64,000 bases of DNA from Azolla caroliniana (taxonomy: Eukaryota; Plantae; Polypodiophyta): the NCBI GenBank assembly GCA_043228905.1, contig JBHGNT010000014.1, positions 1,116,001-1,180,000 of the forward strand. Reading direction: 5' to 3'. The position numbers were made by a program, and so were the translations under genes. The notes under the pieces were generated by a model, which saw only the letters and a list, made by a program, of their open reading frames with translations, ran no database searches and had not been told where the DNA came from. Positions 31,540 through 42,970 of this stretch are shown here, one piece after another (positions within the stretch are counted from its first letter, which is position 1; each line of letters opens with the position of its first letter).

Positions 31540-33650
31540 CCATGTGAGAATTAGACAAGAGAGAGAAAGAGAATTGATTATGGTGCAATTAGATGTGGAG
31601 AAAGCTTATGATCATGTTAATTGGTCCTTTGTTTTTGGGTTAATGCATACAATGGGCTTTGGACCCTGTATGTCTTGCCTAATAGTTTTATTAGGACACG
31701 ATGGAGTGTCTCGAGTAATGCTTAATGGGGGAGTTACATCAGATATTGCCCTCACAAGATCCGTTCGTCAAGGACACCCACGTAGCCCATTGTTGTTTGT
31801 TATTGTTATTCATCCCTTGTTAGTGATGATATCAAGGCTTGCAACAAATGGTAACATTGTGGGTCTACACCTTCCGTCTAGAGGGCAACTAGTAGCACAA
31901 GCTTTGGCTTATGATTCTTCCATGGTTCTACAAGCCTCACGAGAGAATCTTAAGAAGGGGATGCTTGTATGGAACCAATTTGCATTGGCTTCCGGATTAC
32001 ATATCATTGGAGGAAGTCTAGTCTCATATCATGTACTGAAAGGGATTTGGGATGTTTAGGATGGCCAGGATCCGTGGTGAAGAAAGGCTCTATTTTTCAA
32101 CACTTGGGCTATCCATTAGGAATAAATGCTACAAATGGTCAATTGATTGAATGGATGTCTAGTAAGTTGAGGGATAAGTTCATTTATTAGAAGTAACAAT
32201 CTTGGTCATTTCATGTACGCTTGAAGGTTGTACAGTGTATTATGGAACCCATGATATTATATTTCTTGTCATTGTTGCCATGGACAAAGAAGGCTTTGCA
32301 TTCTGTTTTGCAACCTCTTCGATATTTGTTGTGGAAGAAAAGGGATAAGATGGGAATCACTTGGGTTGCATGGAATCATCTAACAACTCCTAAGCGCTTG
32401 GGGGGAGCTGGAGTATTGAACTCATCTAAGCATATGATGGCTCGTAGATTTTCATTATTACAAGACATGTGTTCAAACTCACCACCATGGATATCTATTG
32501 TTCAATATTTCATTGAGAACAAGGGTTTAACACATGGGAGGACAACAATTAAGGCTTCATGGTGGCAATTACTAAATGGATGTATTTCACTTAGGATTTC
32601 GGACTCTACATGTGTTCAACACTTCGTTACCTCATGGCAAGAAGCACTTTTGTTATGTGTATGGAAACCATCATCTAGTAGAGAGCATTGTAATTCTTTG
32701 CAAAAAGAGTTACTTGTGTCGTCTCGGTTATTATGTTAGCCAGGAAAGGAGAGATTACGCTCTCAATTTAATCGTTTGTTTCATTTGGGGGTCAAAGAGG
32801 TGGGAGATATAGCTGAGGCTCCATCTCAAAGAATTTTGGAGTTTGTTGAAGCACGACAATTATTACGCCATTCCGCCTAATTATGGGTTTATCTAGAAAC
32901 AACTACAAATATATTGCAATGATGCAAGGTCCCTTACCTCTACAAACAGGAGAACAACCGTGGATTGATTGGTGTTTACGGGGTCAAACACCGTTGTTAC
33001 AAGTGACTACTAATCTTTTGTATCATTGCTCTGTTGAGTCTATTGGACGGCTATCATCTCAGGCTGAAGAAGAATAGAAAATACACAAACCTGATCATGG
33101 GTGGTGGCAGATCTTACAACTTAGTTGGCACTCTAAATTGCCACTTGTAACAAAGGTCTTCATTTGGAGAGTTTTGATTGGAGGATTGCTTTCGGGATTA
33201 GCTCTAAAGCGTTGTGGACTAGCAACGAGTAATTTCTTCTTTTGCACTGTTCAAATGGAAGATAGTACTCATTGATTTATACAATGTCTGATTGCTTGTC
33301 AGATTTGGAGTTACATTTCTCAAATTTGACAAGTTTTATCACGATGTTATTTGACACCTAGACAGTGGGTGTTTGCACAATTACACAGGTTGACCCAAAA
33401 TCAGAGATGGAGATCGTTAAATTCCTATTTCTGAGATATTGGGAATTGCGTCATAATTGGGACATGCGCAACGCTTTTGTATTCGATGGTAGACATGTAG
33501 TGAAAGCATATCTACAAAAGTTGTAAGGAGTACTAATGTGGCAAATTTTTTTATTGGAGCGAGTGAAAATTCTTTCGTCACTGGAGTGTTCATCTTGCCT
33601 ATCGGCAATTCAACATGTTCAACTACCCATGTAGTGTAATTCTAGGACAT
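31540..33650 (+). mobile_element. 5'-truncated degenerate L1-like LINE (RT and zf-RVT region)
   Basis: QLDVEKAYDHVNWSF, SVRQGHPRSPLLFVI, degenerate FADD, WVAW...PKRLGGAG and a C-terminal KVLIWR...C..C..MED..H motif, with many stops. Confidence 0.9.
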
Positions 33651-34277
33651 TGTAAGTTGGATGGATCTGTCAATCTTCTTTATCTTGTAGAAGATATAGA
33701 CTATCCACACTACTTCACCAACATTGATCATTCCAATATGTACATACAATCTTATTATGATTCACATGGAGATGGTGTTTTATACTCTTTTGAGTACATA
33801 ATTATGTTTTTTGTGGGGGCCTACAATTATTATGTATAAGTTATTTGGCATGTATAGCTGATGATGTTTGAAGGTATTACTACAAAGCATGGATCTAAAT
33901 TCCATTAACTCAAGTGACTGGCACCTAATCAATCAATTGATTAATTTGTACAAATAGAATTAAGTTTTATAAAGTGGTGATAATACACTGCTAAGCATGA
34001 TAGATGGCAATTGCCTTTATGGATGTAAAACCTGCTACAGCTTTACAATCATCAGATGAGAATCTCTGGTGAAGAGGACACATCCAGAATGAAATTAGTC
34101 AGAGGCTACATTACACACCCTAGAAACCTTGTCTTCACATTCATATTCAATCAGAGGCTGATTTCGCATGTAATCACAAATGGAATTATTGAATGTACAG
34201 TAAAGAAAAACAGTCCCCATCAATGAAATTTGTTCCAAAAAACAAAAATGCTCGAAAATCGGAGGGGTTCAAACGTT

Positions 34278-34430
34278 TTAGGTACTGCCATCGCCACCAC
34301 CGAATTCGAATCTGAAACTGGGACCTCCATTGCTGAGGCGACAGCCACAGATCCGAGCAATCAGTGCGAGGATGCCATATAGCATTATGATTCCCAAAAC
34401 ACAGAGAAATGTAAGGAGATAAGTATTCAT
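34278..34430 (-). CDS. Candidate 50-aa single-pass membrane microprotein
   Basis: MNTYLLTFLCVLGIIMLYGILALIARICGCRLSNGGPSFRFEFGGGDGST*. Upstream is a canonical intron at 34646-34499 (G|GTAAGA...TTTTGCAG|G) and TGGGCY site-II motifs at ~34705-34740. Confidence 0.55.
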   Translation of the reverse strand: MNTYLLTFLCVLGIIMLYGILALIARICGCRLSNGGPSFRFEFGGGDGST

Positions 34431-36477
34431 CTCCTCTGATATAATTAATCCAGCAAATTTCAGATCCTCCTCGTCCTATCTCTCTCTCTCTCAAAAACCT
34501 GCAAAATTATATGGTGATGAATCGGATTCAATTCATATATAATCCTCGCCCAAATTGAACCCCAAATTAAGAGTCACTACAACAAGACTCTGTCAACAAG
34601 AAAGAGGAACAGTAGAGATGGGATAAGAACACGCTTTAAATCTTACCAAAGGCCTAGTGACCCTACACACACCCCATCAAGCTTTTAAATTCTTACATAC
34701 TTCAGCCCAAATGGCTCGCCAAATGTCCGAGCAAAGCCCAAACACATGCAAAAGTGCCACGAAGTTATGCGCTTCGATCCGATCATTTGAGTGCGTCCAC
34801 CGAAGAACTAGAACCGGACGGATTGGGTTAGATTCGAGTCGTCTCTTGTGTGTTTGGGGATTGCCAATGCTTTCTCATAATTCCGGTGAGTGTCTAAACT
34901 TCTGTATGCATGCGGAGTCGGGCGAATAAGTTTAGTTATGGCTCGTACGTATTTGTTGTGTGTGAGAGTGTACATGTGAACACAAGCTCAATTGTAGGCT
35001 TGTAATTATGTATGACCTTGTGAATGCCCGCTTGTGTGCATGCTAGTGAAGTATAAGTGCAAGCCTTAAATAATATTTATAGGTATCTATACGGTATAAT
35101 GTATGATTTTATGTGATATGTGATTATGTTGTGTTTTCCTTCCTCGTGGGCGAAGAAGTCCAAATGATATTTGGACGTGACTAGTTACTATTTTGGTAGG
35201 CCCAAAGATGATGCCCCACTTAAAGGATTTTTCATTTAGGAAGACCCTCATATTGAAGAGGTAGAAAAGTGACTTTCTAGGGTGTGAGAGTGGAGGCAAA
35301 AAGTGAGAACAAAAAGGGAGTCATATGCTTATCATACATACATGATACATGTTATCAAGGCTTGACATTTAGTCATATTCTCTAATTAAAAATTGATTAC
35401 ATTGTATTGCATCAATCATTACTTCTCTAGAACTATGAGCATTTAGAGAAATCTAGTATGCCACCAATCTTTAAAAATTTATTCTCCAATCAAACATAAA
35501 TGAGTACGACTTATAATCACATGTCTAGACTCTAGGCTATGTTATGTTTCAAAACCCCAATGGATTATAGTGGTCCATACTTGAGAAAACCTAAACCGTG
35601 AAATCGTGAACAAATGCAAACCCATTGATGGCACTAATTGTGTTATTAAGATATTATAAGTGTTCATGAATCCCTTGTTAACACGATTTGATCAACATAT
35701 TTACAAATAAGAATTTATGAGATATCTTACTCATTGGAAACATGAACGGACTTGCTAAAAAGAAATGTTTTTTTTTGCAAGCCAAAAATATATATTGTTT
35801 CATACTAGTAAATGTAAAAAATAATATTGTAGTCTATAATTATAATATTGTTCTTGATTATGCAACTTGATAGTACTTTTTTCAAAAGGTCAAATTATGA
35901 GCTCCATGGACACCTTCCTTCTCCCTCAATCAAGTTCGTTATGGTCAACTAGTAATTTATCTATATACCAACTTTGACAACCATTGGGATTGTATTTGCA
36001 TGTTCGCCATACCTTTATGATATCCTATATCATCTATAAGCTCATTTCTTTGAATGCTTGTAGTTTATTGCATGTGTGAGATCTATAAGTTCTAAACTAA
36101 AATTTGAGGAAATTAGATTGATCCATCTAAAATGTGTGCAACCAAAGAGTAATAATATAGATTAGTTTAAACATTTATCAAGTTTGTAATACATAACTAC
36201 AACATTCTGCTAAACGGTGGAGTTCTTCTGACTGTATTTATTTAGAAAGTATAATAGATTTCTCTTGGTGGCGAGTGCCTACTTTTGCCCCCCCCAATAA
36301 CATGTTCTCAAATTTATTCTAATGACTTTAGTTATCACACACATTGTTTATATACATTTCCACTTTCAACCTCTATACCAATAGAATGTGCATGCATTAA
36401 ATCAAAGGAGAGCATTTTTTTCTCTAGCCTTGAATTCTCAAGGACTTATTTGTGACATGATTTGTGGCCCAACAAGT

Positions 36478-38680
36478 TTTTTTTTTTTTTTTTTTTAAGA
36501 TTTTCTTCAATAGTATTAAGAACAAAACGCCCGAAGGCTACAACTTGAACCTAGCTACCAAGAAGGTTACAACTTTCTTTATACAATGATATAAAATACG
36601 AGGATGTTTACATTTGTTGATATTCAAAGAGTCTGAAGGCTACAACTTGAACCTAGCTACCAAGAAGGTTACAACTTTCTTTATACAATGATATAAAATA
36701 CGAGGATGTTTACATTTGTTGATATTCAAAGAGTCCGAAGGCTACAACTTGAACCTAGCTACCAAGAAGGTTACAACTTTCTTTATACAATGATATAAAA
36801 TACGAGGATGTTTACATTTGTTGATATTCAAAGAGTCCATGGAAGTCGATATTGCCATTGAGGCTCTTGGGCTACCATTGTAAACAGGGGCACCTTTTTC
36901 CATAAGTGAAGAAGCTTTTTCCTTTTCTTGTTCACAGTATCTGGGGGACCCTGCATATTGTCATACTGACCACGGACTACAGCCAGCAAGTTCTCCCATA
37001 ACTCAAACAACACATCTAAGAGATGAATGTCTACCCCATCATAAAGTCAGTTACATCGATATTTCCATAATACCCATAATGTTATTGTGGACACAGTTTT
37101 CCAAATTTGGACAGATCGCACCTACTTTCGAGGTTGCTGGAAGGGACTAACTAATATCAATCTTTTATTATGTATTGTCATTGCCTCATACCACATTAAA
37201 CCGGAGTGTAATACTCCCCACATCGCTGATCCCCATGAGAATAAGCAACCTACATTTATTGTTAGGAATAAAGACACGACTTTCTTCCATACTTGTTGAG
37301 CAAAAGAACAAGACCATAAGACATGCTTGGTAGTCTCTTGAGGTTCATGGCAAATGGCACATTGCCGCAAATTGGGTGTCACAGTCCCTTTCAATGCATG
37401 ACCAACTGGTAGAGCCATATGCACTAATAACCATCGAAAGAGAATAAATTTTGTTGGCCCCTTGAATGACCATATCCATTTCCAATAGGTTCTCAAATGC
37501 AAAGTGGAAACACCCCAATTGGTCCAATGTTTCTGAACAGCTGGTATCTTTACATTCTAAGAGAGCAGTAATGATCTTCCAAGTTTTACTGAGTACTGAA
37601 AAAAAGGAACCTTTACGATCTTTTCCCCCAAGGAGTGTGACCAAAGCCAACCCCCTGGATCCCATGTTAACCTTACAACAGGATCTTTTGAATATAACCA
37701 CATGATATCACACATATGAGCAATTGATGGATAAGGATCAAGGATCCATTTCTTTCCGGTTTTAGCAACCACTCTAACTAGTGCACTTCGTAACTCCTGT
37801 AGATAATTGCAATCAATGGTATAAGATTGCAATCTATTGTTGTCTAGGACCTGAAAATAAGACATGCGCCCATTAGGTGAAACACCCTTAACAACCATCA
37901 ATATATCATTTGCGAAGCATCCAAACCATAGATGTTCCTGCCTCGGTTGGAAGGTTGTTAAAAATGAAGAATATGTTACTGATAAGGTAGCCGTCATTAT
38001 CTTGGCACCATGAACTAATTGTAGATGTACAAGTCGATCTTCTTGTGACATTTGTTGAAACTGAGTCCACGTTCTTACAGATGCAGCTGGCCCATTATCC
38101 AATTTACCCCAAGCAAGGTGAGGACGCAGGCCCAATACTTTTCCTGCATTATCCCAAAATAGAGAATTGGCAAGCATAGGTTGATTAAGTAATGCATCCC
38201 AGGTAGAAGGTTTGTCCTTTAGCAAAAATGATTTAATTGCATCCCACACTCTTATGATTCCTAACAAAAATCTATTGGATGCAAGATTTCTCCTTGGTGT
38301 TTTCATGTCATTCAAGAACAACCACTTTAAAGAGGGTGACCATACTCCTCCTGTCTTAGGAGTTAATTGCATTAACTGATTTAAAAACATTCCTTTCCAA
38401 GCTTCTGATCCTGGCAACAAACCTTTGATAACAAATTAGTCAAGAGAGCTATTGACTGCATCAAGGGATCTATCAAACCCAACCCTCCATTAATTTTAGG
38501 TTGAATCAACACATTCCACGCAACTTTGGCTACTATAGGAGAGCCATGTTTTCCCCCCCAAAGGAAATTCCGGATTCAAGCTTTGCACTTTTGTCATTGC
38601 TGATCTAGAAAATAGCCACATAGATGCTATAAACCACATTGATGCCAATAGTACTATATTTGCTACTACAACACGACCCG
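36478..38680 (-). mobile_element. 5'-truncated L1-like LINE with poly(A) and TSD
   Basis: Poly-T at ~36477-36496, TSD GTGGCCCAACAAGT (36464-36477 and 38681-38694), zf-RVT motif CAICHEPQETTKHVLWSC, largely open C-terminal ORF2 segments. Confidence 0.94.
36531..36836. repeat. Three near-identical 102-bp tandem copies at the LINE 3' end
   Basis: Units start at 36531, 36633 and 36735 (ccgaaggctacaacttgaacc...caaagagt). Confidence 0.95.
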
Positions 38681-39733
38681 GTGGCCCAACAAGTATTAAT
38701 AGCTATTAAATGCATCTGGCCTAAACAAAAACATATTTGAGTGCAAAGTGAAACATTTTTACATAGTGTGTGGATTGTGACCTTAGTAGGAGGGGTCTCT
38801 TAACATTGAGGATACAACAACGTGAGAGGAAACACAAGGAAATAGAATTGGCTATCAAACTTCTTCAAGATTTTATTTTTTCCCCGAGAAAAAGATTGCT
38901 TCCCATTAATTAGGTGAATCATGTATACAAATCAAGCTATGTACACTCTAAGTATATGCTATCTATAGACACTATGCTATTTACAAGTCTCTTTCCTATA
39001 TATTTGGCTATCATTGTGTGATGCTTTAGATAAAAAAAAAGGTGATGCAATTGTTGTCCACATAACAACAAACAACGGCATGGCAAAACCTGTTATTTTT
39101 CAATAAGCATCAAGACACAGTTAGCATGTTTTTTTTTCCCCACAAAAACTATGCTCCATTGGTATTAAAATTAACAATGCCAAAGTCCATCTACAATTTA
39201 TACATAATAATTTCCACTCCACAAGTATCTATCAAAAAAAGACCAAATATAAACGATGGCCTTTGGCAAGATAAGGCTAATTATATCCATGAAAACTCTC
39301 TCAGCCTTTGCCAACAAGACCCATTGTCAACCTATAACCAAATTCCTGCGGTAACAAATTCTTGTGGTCCAAGAGAATACATATCTTGGTGGTAATCCTA
39401 GTCAACATACCCTGGTTGTCCACCCCGGCTAGTAGTCTAAAAACTCTATGTATGCATTTGATTCCGCCTATATTGAAGTTGTTCACCATCACCTGGCTGT
39501 CCACTTGGGTGATGTTATTTGACAAATGTTTTGTACACAGCAGTTGAAGACACCAAAGTAGTCCATGATGCACCTGATGCTTGGGTAAAACGTGATGGGC
39601 TGCCTTGGATAGCCCATGTATCATCTCCCATATCAAAACGACCATGTCCTTCATCTCCACGAAAATTGAAAATGTACTTATAATAATCTCCCTATAAACA
39701 AGATGAACTATGTCGTCCTCACCTCACACCATA

Positions 39734-40040
39734 TGCTTCGATCCCCACACCATCTTCACTCAACCTTAACACTAAACAAAATTATGCTTCATTCGGTTCG
39801 CATCAACCATCTCGCCGCTTACTACCAAGGTCCTGTACAAATAACAACAAAATGAGTCTAGTGTGATTCTCATCCCCTCATGATCTGCTTCGATCCCCCC
39901 ACCATCATCACTCCTAAAAAACAGACAAATTGCTTCATTCAGTCCACATCAACCATCTCGTCGAATACCACCAATGTCCTGTGCAATTAACAACAAAATA
40001 AGTGAAAAATGATTCCTCATCCCCTCATGATCTTCTTCAA
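39734..40040. repeat. Imperfect ~152-bp tandem duplication
   Basis: tgcttcgatcccc...catcaaccatctcg...taacaacaaaat...catcccctcatgatct occurs twice. Confidence 0.75.
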
Positions 40041-40119
40041 CAAAATGTCCACAGTTAGCATGTTTCTGAACACAACTAGACATTTATATCACCAAAAGCA
40101 ATATGGGTGATTTGCTCGC

Positions 40120-40480
40120 CAATGGGGGTAGAGCTAGTGAGGCAAATGGAAGCACCATTTTGGATGTCTTGACGTGAAGTCCATCAATAGTGTGGTTTCC
40201 CAAAGTGAGATCATTTGTGCTTGTGCCAGCTCTTTAGGTTTTGAATCTCCATGTAGGTTTTCGAATTGTGCCTGCAAGGATACCACAATATCAATCCATA
40301 TAGTTGTGATGGTATCTGCAATTGTGTGTGTTTCCCCTAGGTACCAATTGAGACATCTATGTTTCCAAATGTTCCACATACCGATTGATGCCACGTTGAC
40401 CATGATTTTTGTAGATTTCATGATCCCCAAATTTGCGTGCATCCAATTGTTGTCCATGTCTAGTATTCTTCAAGAATATT
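40120..40480 (-). mobile_element. LINE 3'-terminal fragment
   Basis: GMWNIWKHRC...IWIDIVVSLQAQFENL...PKWCFHLP is similar to the C-termini of the LINEs at 36830-37100 and 49900-50230. Confidence 0.7.
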
Positions 40481-40739
40481 ATTTATAGCCAAAATGGTAA
40501 GGGTTATAAGGTCATCTCGATGCAGGAGGTCAACAAGGATGGTTTGAGAGCTTTGAGATCTTCTCGATATATAGAACTCCTAGTCTCATGCATGCTTGCC
40601 ACTAGGATATTATACATGTTTGTTACTTGGTGATCTTGGATAATTATCACAAAATGTGATATAATAAAACAATGTGCAATGTGAATATGTACAATTATAT
40701 TTTATACCACGTATGACAATGTAATGGTTAACATTTAAT

Positions 40740-41170
40740 GTGTATGTAATTCATTAGGTTCAATATCCTTAAAACCTATGATATTTTTTATACTCATGAT
40801 ACCCTTAGCTCAAAGTGGTAAACATTCGATGTGTGTATGAAGGTGTCATGCCGTAAACTCCCTCAAAAATTTGTGTACTCATTAGATCTTAACCCCAATA
40901 GCCTTATGTAATGGTCAAGATTTTATGGTACATCAAGGGGGTCATGGGTTCAATTTCCCAAAACCTACAACATACATGACTTGGCCTAAATAACATTATG
41001 TAATGGTGGAGATTTAATTGCACATCAAGGGGTCATGGGTTCAATTGCAATATGTTCTATACATCCTTAGCCCAAATAGCATTTAACATGTACAATGAGG
41101 GGGTCATGGGTTCAAGTCCCTTAAAAACTTCTCATATATTTGTATATTCATGATCCCTTAGCCCAAATAA
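40740..41170 (+). repeat. Degenerate tandem array of tRNA/SINE-like units
   Basis: Recurrent cttagcccaaatag (A-box-like) and gggggtcatgggttcaa(g)t (B-box-like), about 4-5 units. Confidence 0.65.
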
Positions 41171-42369
41171 TATTTTTACACACACCCTTACAAGTTGTAA
41201 TATATTTATCTTGGCTAAGGCACAATGCATATCATATGTTGAAAGTCTCACAACAAAAAATAAATTTTGGCAAGTCTAAGGTAAAGTTGATATGTATAAG
41301 ACATAACGACTGCAATTACAAAGAAATTGGTGTTCCATGGGTAGATCAAGCATGTAGCGATCTAATACCACTTCATACAAGAGCTTAATTTGGAACCAGC
41401 AGTTGAGGTTATACGATTGTGCAACAAAGGAAAAGTGTGTGGATCTCATAACGAGGAACTCAATCATAAGTGGATTAAGAAGTTGATACAGATCATTCAG
41501 ACTAGAGAAGACCAACCAAGTAGGGAAAGGACGTTTATCATATGATGCAATAGTTTGTGCAACCAAATGATGCGAAGACCACAAGAGGGGTTTTCTATAC
41601 AAAAGAAAAAGTTATATTGAATAGGAGTTTTGAGCAATTGCATGATGTGGGAATGTATCATAGATGCGTGGAAGACAACGGAAATTATAAAAAAGAAAGA
41701 GAATCCCATTTTAAAGTTTCTTAGGAGGGAGTATTCAGTGTGAACAAGCACCATCAACCCTCACACATGTAGTCGGTGAAAAAGGAGGTGCGTTGCAAAT
41801 GGTGGATGGGTTAGTCACTAGGGCTAACAACGTACTTGATAGAGATTTGGGTCACACATCATTTTCTTAGTTGTGTGTGATCTATTGCTCTTTGTTGTAC
41901 CAACCTTTCTAAAATTAGCAATTGCATTTTGTGGTTTCACTTCGTATAGATACATGATATTTCTCTTTGTTCGTTATGCTTTGTTACGAGCATATCCTTC
42001 CTATGTTATTTCTGCAAGCAATCCAACAATCATTTGAATGAAAATTGGTAGGAGTTTCAACAGAGTGAAGTTGACATGCCACCCAACAATAAGGCCATAC
42101 AACTTGATTCCATAAAAGTCAGAAGGAGGTCTTCAACTCGGGCGGACGAGTGTGTGGTCCAGAGATATTTTCGATCTCGGAGTTTGGATGGACGGACAAA
42201 AGCCGAGTGATTTTATTGTCAAGGTGATCTTTTCTGGGGTCATGTCTTTGCGGGCTGATGGGGTCCGAGAAGAGTCTTTTCTTGCTCTCAGCCCCTGAAT
42301 CTCTTCATGTTTCTACCAACGTCTCCGTCTCTGTGGATCGAGGTCTTTGAGGTTTCCCACTGGCCTTAT

Positions 42370-42640
42370 GAAAAAAGAAAGAAATTAAAATACATAAAAA
42401 AGGAAATTAAATTAAATAAAAAGAAAGCTAAATAAATAAAAAGGAAATTCAATTAATTAAAAAGGAAATTCAATTAAAAAATAAGAAGGAAATTAAATCA
42501 AAATTAAAAGGAAATATGTAATATGAAAGAAAAAGAAATAAAATAAATAAAAAAGAAGATAAAATAAAATAAAAAATAAAAAGGAAATAAAATTAAATAA
42601 AAAGGGAATTAAATTAAATAAAAAGAAAAAAGAAAAAAAA
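42370..42640. repeat. A-rich low-complexity repeat upstream of the PRA1 gene
   Basis: Repeated aaggaaattaaattaaataaaa-like units. Confidence 0.8.
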
Positions 42641-42699
42641 GGGAGTCTCTGTGGCTGCAGGGTCGATCGATCCTTCCCTCTCTTCATCCACTCCATTGC

Positions 42700-42747
42700 T
42701 TTAGGGTTAGGGTTAGGGTTAGGATTAGGGTTAGAGTTAGAGTTGGG
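42700..42747. promoter_or_regulatory. (TTAGGG)n / telo-box-like tract in the 5' region of PRA1
   Basis: tttagggttagggttagggttaggattagggttagagttagagttggg, about 230 bp upstream of the ATG. Confidence 0.55.
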
Positions 42748-42970
42748 TTTGATTTTCCTGCATACGAATGCTTTAAAGTGGAAAGAAAAGTTCCAAGCAT
42801 TAAAAATTGTAAAGGAACAGACGAAATTCTCGAATTCAATCAGAGGAAGACGAAGAAGGAGAAGAAGAAGAGGAGGAAGACGAGGATTCCCAACCAACAC
42901 CAAAGAGAAATAAATAGGGTCTCCTCCTCCTTGTTTTCTGAACATCACAGACAGGGAGGGATCCATCGCC

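Noticed and set aside
33950-34200. C/D box snoRNA cluster (repeated AGCCTCTGA on the minus strand)
   Set aside because: No properly placed RUGAUGA C box or terminal stem was found. The region is more simply the 3' UTR of the candidate microprotein gene.
42700-42747. Interstitial telomere or chromosome-fusion scar
   Set aside because: There are only about eight degenerate units, located in a gene's 5' region, where such tracts are common in plants.
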